Source: Amoebidium appalachense
Lineage: Eukaryota > Protista > Ichthyosporea
Length of the DNA: 64,000 nt
NCBI GenBank assembly: GCA_963693365.1
Contig: CAVNZM010000003.1
Location: 11,026,888-11,090,887 of the forward strand
Direction of reading: 5' to 3'
The notes under the pieces are model-generated. The model was not told where the DNA came from, made no database searches, and worked only from the letters and a program-made list of their open reading frames with translations. Shown here piece by piece: positions 58,958 to 64,000 of the stretch. Positions within the stretch are counted from its first letter, which is position 1, and each line of letters starts with the position of its first letter. The translations under genes and the position numbers were made by a program.

Positions 58958-59271
58958 CCCAGCCCCCACTCCACACCCCACCCGTCCGCCCTTCCTCCCC
59001 CTCCCCGTTCCCCTCCGGAATGCATGTGACTAATTTCCGTACATATCCACCACCGTGGTGACTGTGCCAAATTTCATGATTTTGATCCCTATGTCCCTCC
59101 TCATCCCCTCCGCACAAAGGAGAGAGAGAGAGATATCGTTGAGGGGGGGAGGGGGGGCATGCGCAGAAGGAGACCCAGATCTAGAAAGATAAAGGGTCTC
59201 GTGGGAGTGCCTTTGTGGTGGTTGCCACGGGCTGCTGGGGATGGGCAGGCGGGTGGAGAGGGTGGGGGGTG

Positions 59272-59308
<37 letters not shown>

Positions 59309-59364
59309 GGTGGTTGTGGTGGGCGAGTGGGTGGGTGGGGGGCCCGGGGGATCCGGAGGGGAGG

Positions 59365-59410
<46 letters not shown>

Positions 59411-60349
59411 GGGATGGCTTAGCGGACTGGTTGGGGGTAATCTGACAGTTTTCTCTTGTATTGTGAAATGAAACAAGGGATTTTGACAGGACTTTTGCCC
59501 ATCATAAGAAGGGTTTCAGGGAAAAGGGGAAGAAAGAAAGAAAAGCATAGCTATAGTAGGGGCAAAAAAAACAAGGAAAGGAACGGGAAATGACGGCAAT
59601 GATAAAGGGTTTCCGGACGACAGCATTGATGATAAGGGCTTTCTGGTTTCGATTCCCAAAGAACCAATTTTTAGAGCTTGACACGATACTTTCCGTATTT
59701 TGATCACGGGCAACTGGACAAAGCTAAGCTGAAACCCGACTGAAAACACGACATCAGCGTAAACCAAAATTAAACCCTCCCAAAATTGCACGAGATGCGC
59801 AAATGTATAAGCACGAAGTTCTCTTTCTTGCTTCATTTCGTAAAGCCAAGAGGGTGGAAATAGGTGTCACAGGGACGGGTATAAAACATAAAAACCTTTT
59901 GAGAAAAAATAAAGGGACACATTCCCAAAGTTTTCTCTTTTTTTTTGTTTTGTTTGGTTGTGAGTTTCACGGGGAAAAGCAGTTAGTTGCATCACGTTCA
60001 AGTTGGAGTGGTCTGATTTTCTAACTGGTAAGGTTTGGTCAGAAAGAGCTCAAAAAAGTGCTCGGGGAAAAAAGAAGAAAAAAACAGCAAGTCAGAGTAA
60101 AACCAAGCAAACACACACACACAAACACGCACGTACTACTAGAACTAAACTGATATTTTTTACATACCTTATATAGAAATAATACTCCCGTCAGTATACA
60201 ACCTACTAGGCTGCTGTAGGCTATATATGGACCCAACCCTCTCCATATTCTCGCCTCCACCCAACACCTCCACCTCGGCCCACACCGACACGTGCACACA
60301 CACACACCACGTGACCCAAACACGTGCACACACACACCCCGTCGCCACG

Positions 60350-60987
60350 ATGCCTGCCACCGCCAGCACCTACCAGAAAGTTCTCCTGGCCTCCACGTGG
60401 GGGTGCATTCTTCTCGCCGGCACCCTAGACCTCACGTGGCTGGGGTTTTTGGACCGCGACGGCCTGTTTTGCACCGGGGGAGATGTTGGTGCGGCGAAAA
60501 TTGGGAGTGCCTCGAGGGGGGTGCGTCGGGTGGGGAGGGTATGGGGGGAGCAGGGGGGTTTGTTGGAAAGGGGGGGTTTAACTTCTGCAAGATTAACTGG
60601 CACCCCGTGCTCATGGCGACCGCTTTTGGCCTACTTGGGATGGCAGGTATGCTATGATGTGCCCTCCCCACCCCCCCTCCCTCCCTCCTCCCCCCCGGGG
60701 AGATAGGGGAAGAAAAAAACACACAAACACAACATACAAGCACGAAAAAAGAAAAAGAAAAATTATCACGACTACCATCACCATGTGCTTTCACCCACAC
60801 ATTCCGCGCTAGGTTCCGTGAAAAAATCCACAAATCTATATGTGCTTCGCCCCGGCCTTCTAATCTGTAGTGCCCTGCCTCCTTAACGCAAGGGGAGAGA
60901 TGGTGTTCTTTTGGTCGGGCGGGCGGGCGGGCGGGCGGACGGGTGGGCGGGCGGGCGGGCGGGCAGGCGGGCTGGCGGGCGGGCGGG

Positions 60988-61029
<42 letters not shown>

Positions 61030-61132
61030 TGGAGGGATCATGCCGCCCTGCGTACCTGGAGCACTGGTGAAAAGAAGAATACCGAGTGGTCATAGTTGAA
61101 TGGGCTTCTTTTTCCTTTTCTATCTTTTCTTT

Positions 61133-61164
<32 letters not shown>

Positions 61165-61166
61165 TT

Positions 61167-61197
<31 letters not shown>

Positions 61198-61430
61198 GAG
61201 TCAGTCGAGACTAGAGTTATATAACACCTGGCCACACGTTCGACCCCCCCCTCCCCCCCTTCCCCCCCTCCCCCTCCTCCCCTTCCTCCTCCCCCTCCTT
61301 CCTCCACACCCCCCCCCCCAAAAAAAAAAACAAAAAAAAAAACACAGGAATCACGCAGTGGCGTGGGCTACCCAATACGATTGGCTACCAGACCAAGAAG
61401 ATGATCCATGCTACCCTGATCGTACGTGCT

Positions 61431-61465
<35 letters not shown>

Positions 61466-62353
61466 TTCCCCTCCCCCCAATCCGCCCCCTCTCTCTCCCC
61501 CCCCCTCCCTCCACAGTCCACCCTCTCCCTCAACCACCACCACCATCACCACCACCAACGAATTAACACGCTGGTGGTATCAACTGTTCTGTTCCTCTTT
61601 CTAGCGTATACCCCCCAGAGCCTTTTCCCAGTAACCGATCGTTTCTGTTGCCAAACGGAAGGGCCATCGTCTCGCCTAATGCCCCCCCCCCCCCCCCCTC
61701 GCTCTCCCCCACCTCCCCCCAAAATGTGAATTCACGTAATTCTGATGTAGTTAATTTTTGTGCTCACTATAACACAGAGACTCTCTTATCCGCTCATTTC
61801 TGCTCTACTGCATATGAACTTCTCTTTTCAGTTCTACCTATCAGTACGAACCTTCTACTAACTAATTTTTCTCCTTATTCAACCCGCTTGCTTTTCATTC
61901 GTTTCCATTTACTTCTCTTATACACTCCAGTTACCTTCCACTTATCCGCTGCTCAGACTGCTGTACCCCCCCCCCCCCCCCCCCCCCCCAAGAAAAATTC
62001 AGGGGTCCTCGGAGCCTCCTCCCCCCCCCCCCCCCCCCCCCCCCCGCCCTCCCCTCACCCCCCACCCCCCCAATAAATAAATGAATAAATAACTTGAAAT
62101 AAATAAATAAATAAATAAATAAATTGGGCTTTACCAAGGCTCAGTCTGCTCAAGTGCCCTCCTATTGCTTGCACTGATAACCCACCAATCAAATCACCCC
62201 ACAGACGGCAGCACTAGTGACTGCCATATTTGGGGTCTTTGCAGCCCAGAGCTGGCACAATGACCATTCTCTCCCCCATCTTTATTCTCTGCACTCTTGG
62301 CTGGGTGTGGGCGCCCTTCTGATGTGGGTTGGCCAGGTATGAATCATTCAGTA

Positions 62354-62389
<36 letters not shown>

Positions 62390-62753
62390 GCAATAATATT
62401 AATAATAATAATATAAAAGTTAAAATAATAAATAGATAAATACTATACGGCCACCCCCCCATCCCCCCTCCCTACCAACACACACCTACACACCCTTTTT
62501 GTATTTTTGTTGCATGTGTGCGTGTGTGCCTTTGTGCATGTGCACCGTGGGTGTGTGTGTGTGTTCGTGTTTGTGTACACGTGGGTCATAATTTTTGCAC
62601 CATCTTGTCATTGATTCCATGCTTTCCCCGTCCCTCTTCCTCCTCTCGTCCCCCGCCCCCCCCCCCCCCCTCCCTCCCTCCACCTAATCCCCCCCCCCCC
62701 CCCCCCCCCCCAAAAAAAAGAAAATGCTTCTGCGCAAACTCTTTCGGTAGAAT

Positions 62754-62793
<40 letters not shown>

Positions 62794-63467
62794 ACACACA
62801 CACACCAAAAAGGAAAAAAAAAAAAGAAAAAGAAAAAGAAAGAAAGAAAAAAAGAAAAAAACCACAAACACACACACACACACATACAGCCGTATCCCTT
62901 ACACAGACCAGTTAGATTCCTCATTCTAACCCTTCCGTTACCGACTCATTACCCTTACCCCCCCCCCCCCCCCCCCCCCCCCAACCCGCAACACCAACCA
63001 CCACCACCATCACCACCACCTCCTCCTCCTCCTCCTCCCCACCGTAATCCAAAAAAAAATAGGAAAAAAAAAGGAGGGGGATAGGGAAATAAAAGAAGAA
63101 AGAGAAGCAAAGAAAGAAACAAGCAACCAACCAGGCACGAACACCGGTTTCCTTCCAGGAAAGGTAAAGAATAATAAGAAAAGGAAAACAAAATAAAAAG
63201 ACAAACCTAAAAAGAAAAAAGAAAATGGAAGCTAGTGATAACATTCAACCAACCAACCAACCAACCAACCAACCAACCAACCAATGAACCATTAACATAG
63301 CCACCCTTCCAGGTACCTAACCTTTCGATTTATTTTCCTTTTCCTTTTCATTTCTTTTCTTTTTTTTCTTTCTCTTTCCCAGATGACCTCTGGAACCCTT
63401 GCCTATGTGTTCCCCTACACCCCCATCAAGCTGGTCTCCCTCTACGTTCCATACCACGTCTTCGGCG
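60350..63467 (+). CDS. Cytochrome b561 family transmembrane (ascorbate-dependent) reductase; 3' end lies beyond the window
   Basis: Exon blocks 60350-60646 (with an internal frame change), 61348-61421, 62205-62336 and 63383-63467. All four heme-ligand His motifs are present: NWHPVLM, KKMIHATL, LYSLHSWLG, VPYHVFGG. Confidence 0.88.
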
Positions 63468-64000
63468 GTACGTGATTCATTTCCAATCAAATTTCGTTGT
63501 TGAAAGTTCTGGAACTTTTTGGAATATCAAATTAGTCTAGTCACTGTGTCTAGTACGGCGAAGGTTAAGAGGTTTTTGATTGGTTTTGGCTTAACATAGG
63601 GAGGGTTTTTAGGGGGTTGTTATCTCTTATGATTAATGATTAAATATTCTTAGGGATAATCGCAGAAAGGCGATATCTATTTGAATAGGGCGGCAACACT
63701 TGGGGGAGAGGGGCTGGGGGGGGAGGTGATAAAAGTAGTATGCATACAACAAAAACAGCATTGTTGGTTGATCAATAGGGTTGACATTCGGAATGGATCA
63801 ATCTCACGCTTGGGGGGAAACAAATTTACTCATGTAGCATGCATATCTTATGCGCGTCGACTCACGTCCACACAAACACACACACAGACACACACACACA
63901 CGCACAATTGCTCACTCTTACACCCCCCCCCCCCCCCCACACACACACACACACCCCCACACACACACGCCCCCCCCCCCCCCCCCCCCCCACACCCACC

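Overview
This is eukaryotic genomic DNA, probably from a protist or other microbial eukaryote; the taxon cannot be determined from the sequence. Short coding exons sit inside long introns full of poly-C, (CA)n and (CT)n, so almost all of the six-frame ORF track is low-complexity noise. Splicing by hand (GT-AG, with phase checked) gives eight genes. (1) Intronless translation elongation factor 3, 1612-4803. (2) An 11-exon class C (GABA-B-like) GPCR whose ectodomain is a PstS-type periplasmic-binding fold, 19497-30125. (3) An intron-containing H3.3-like histone H3. (4) An intronless BASS4/SLC10A7-like transporter. (5) An RNF181-like RING-H2 ligase. (6) A DDIAS-like OB-fold gene on the minus strand, partly resolved. 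(7) A bacterial-type CobB sirtuin with a putative mitochondrial presequence. (8) A cytochrome b561 that runs off the window end. Non-coding features include a non-LTR retrotransposon relic with repeated 3' ends, a TA-flanked MITE, a perfect 30-bp hairpin, a three-copy tandem array, several minisatellites, and a ~250-bp repeat found four times, always intronic and always in the sense orientation of its host gene. The best leads are the PstS-GPCR fusion, a strand-polarised intron architecture (poly-C after donors, (CA)n in place of a polypyrimidine tract) and the sense-oriented intronic element. Family assignments come from recalled motifs, not database searches.
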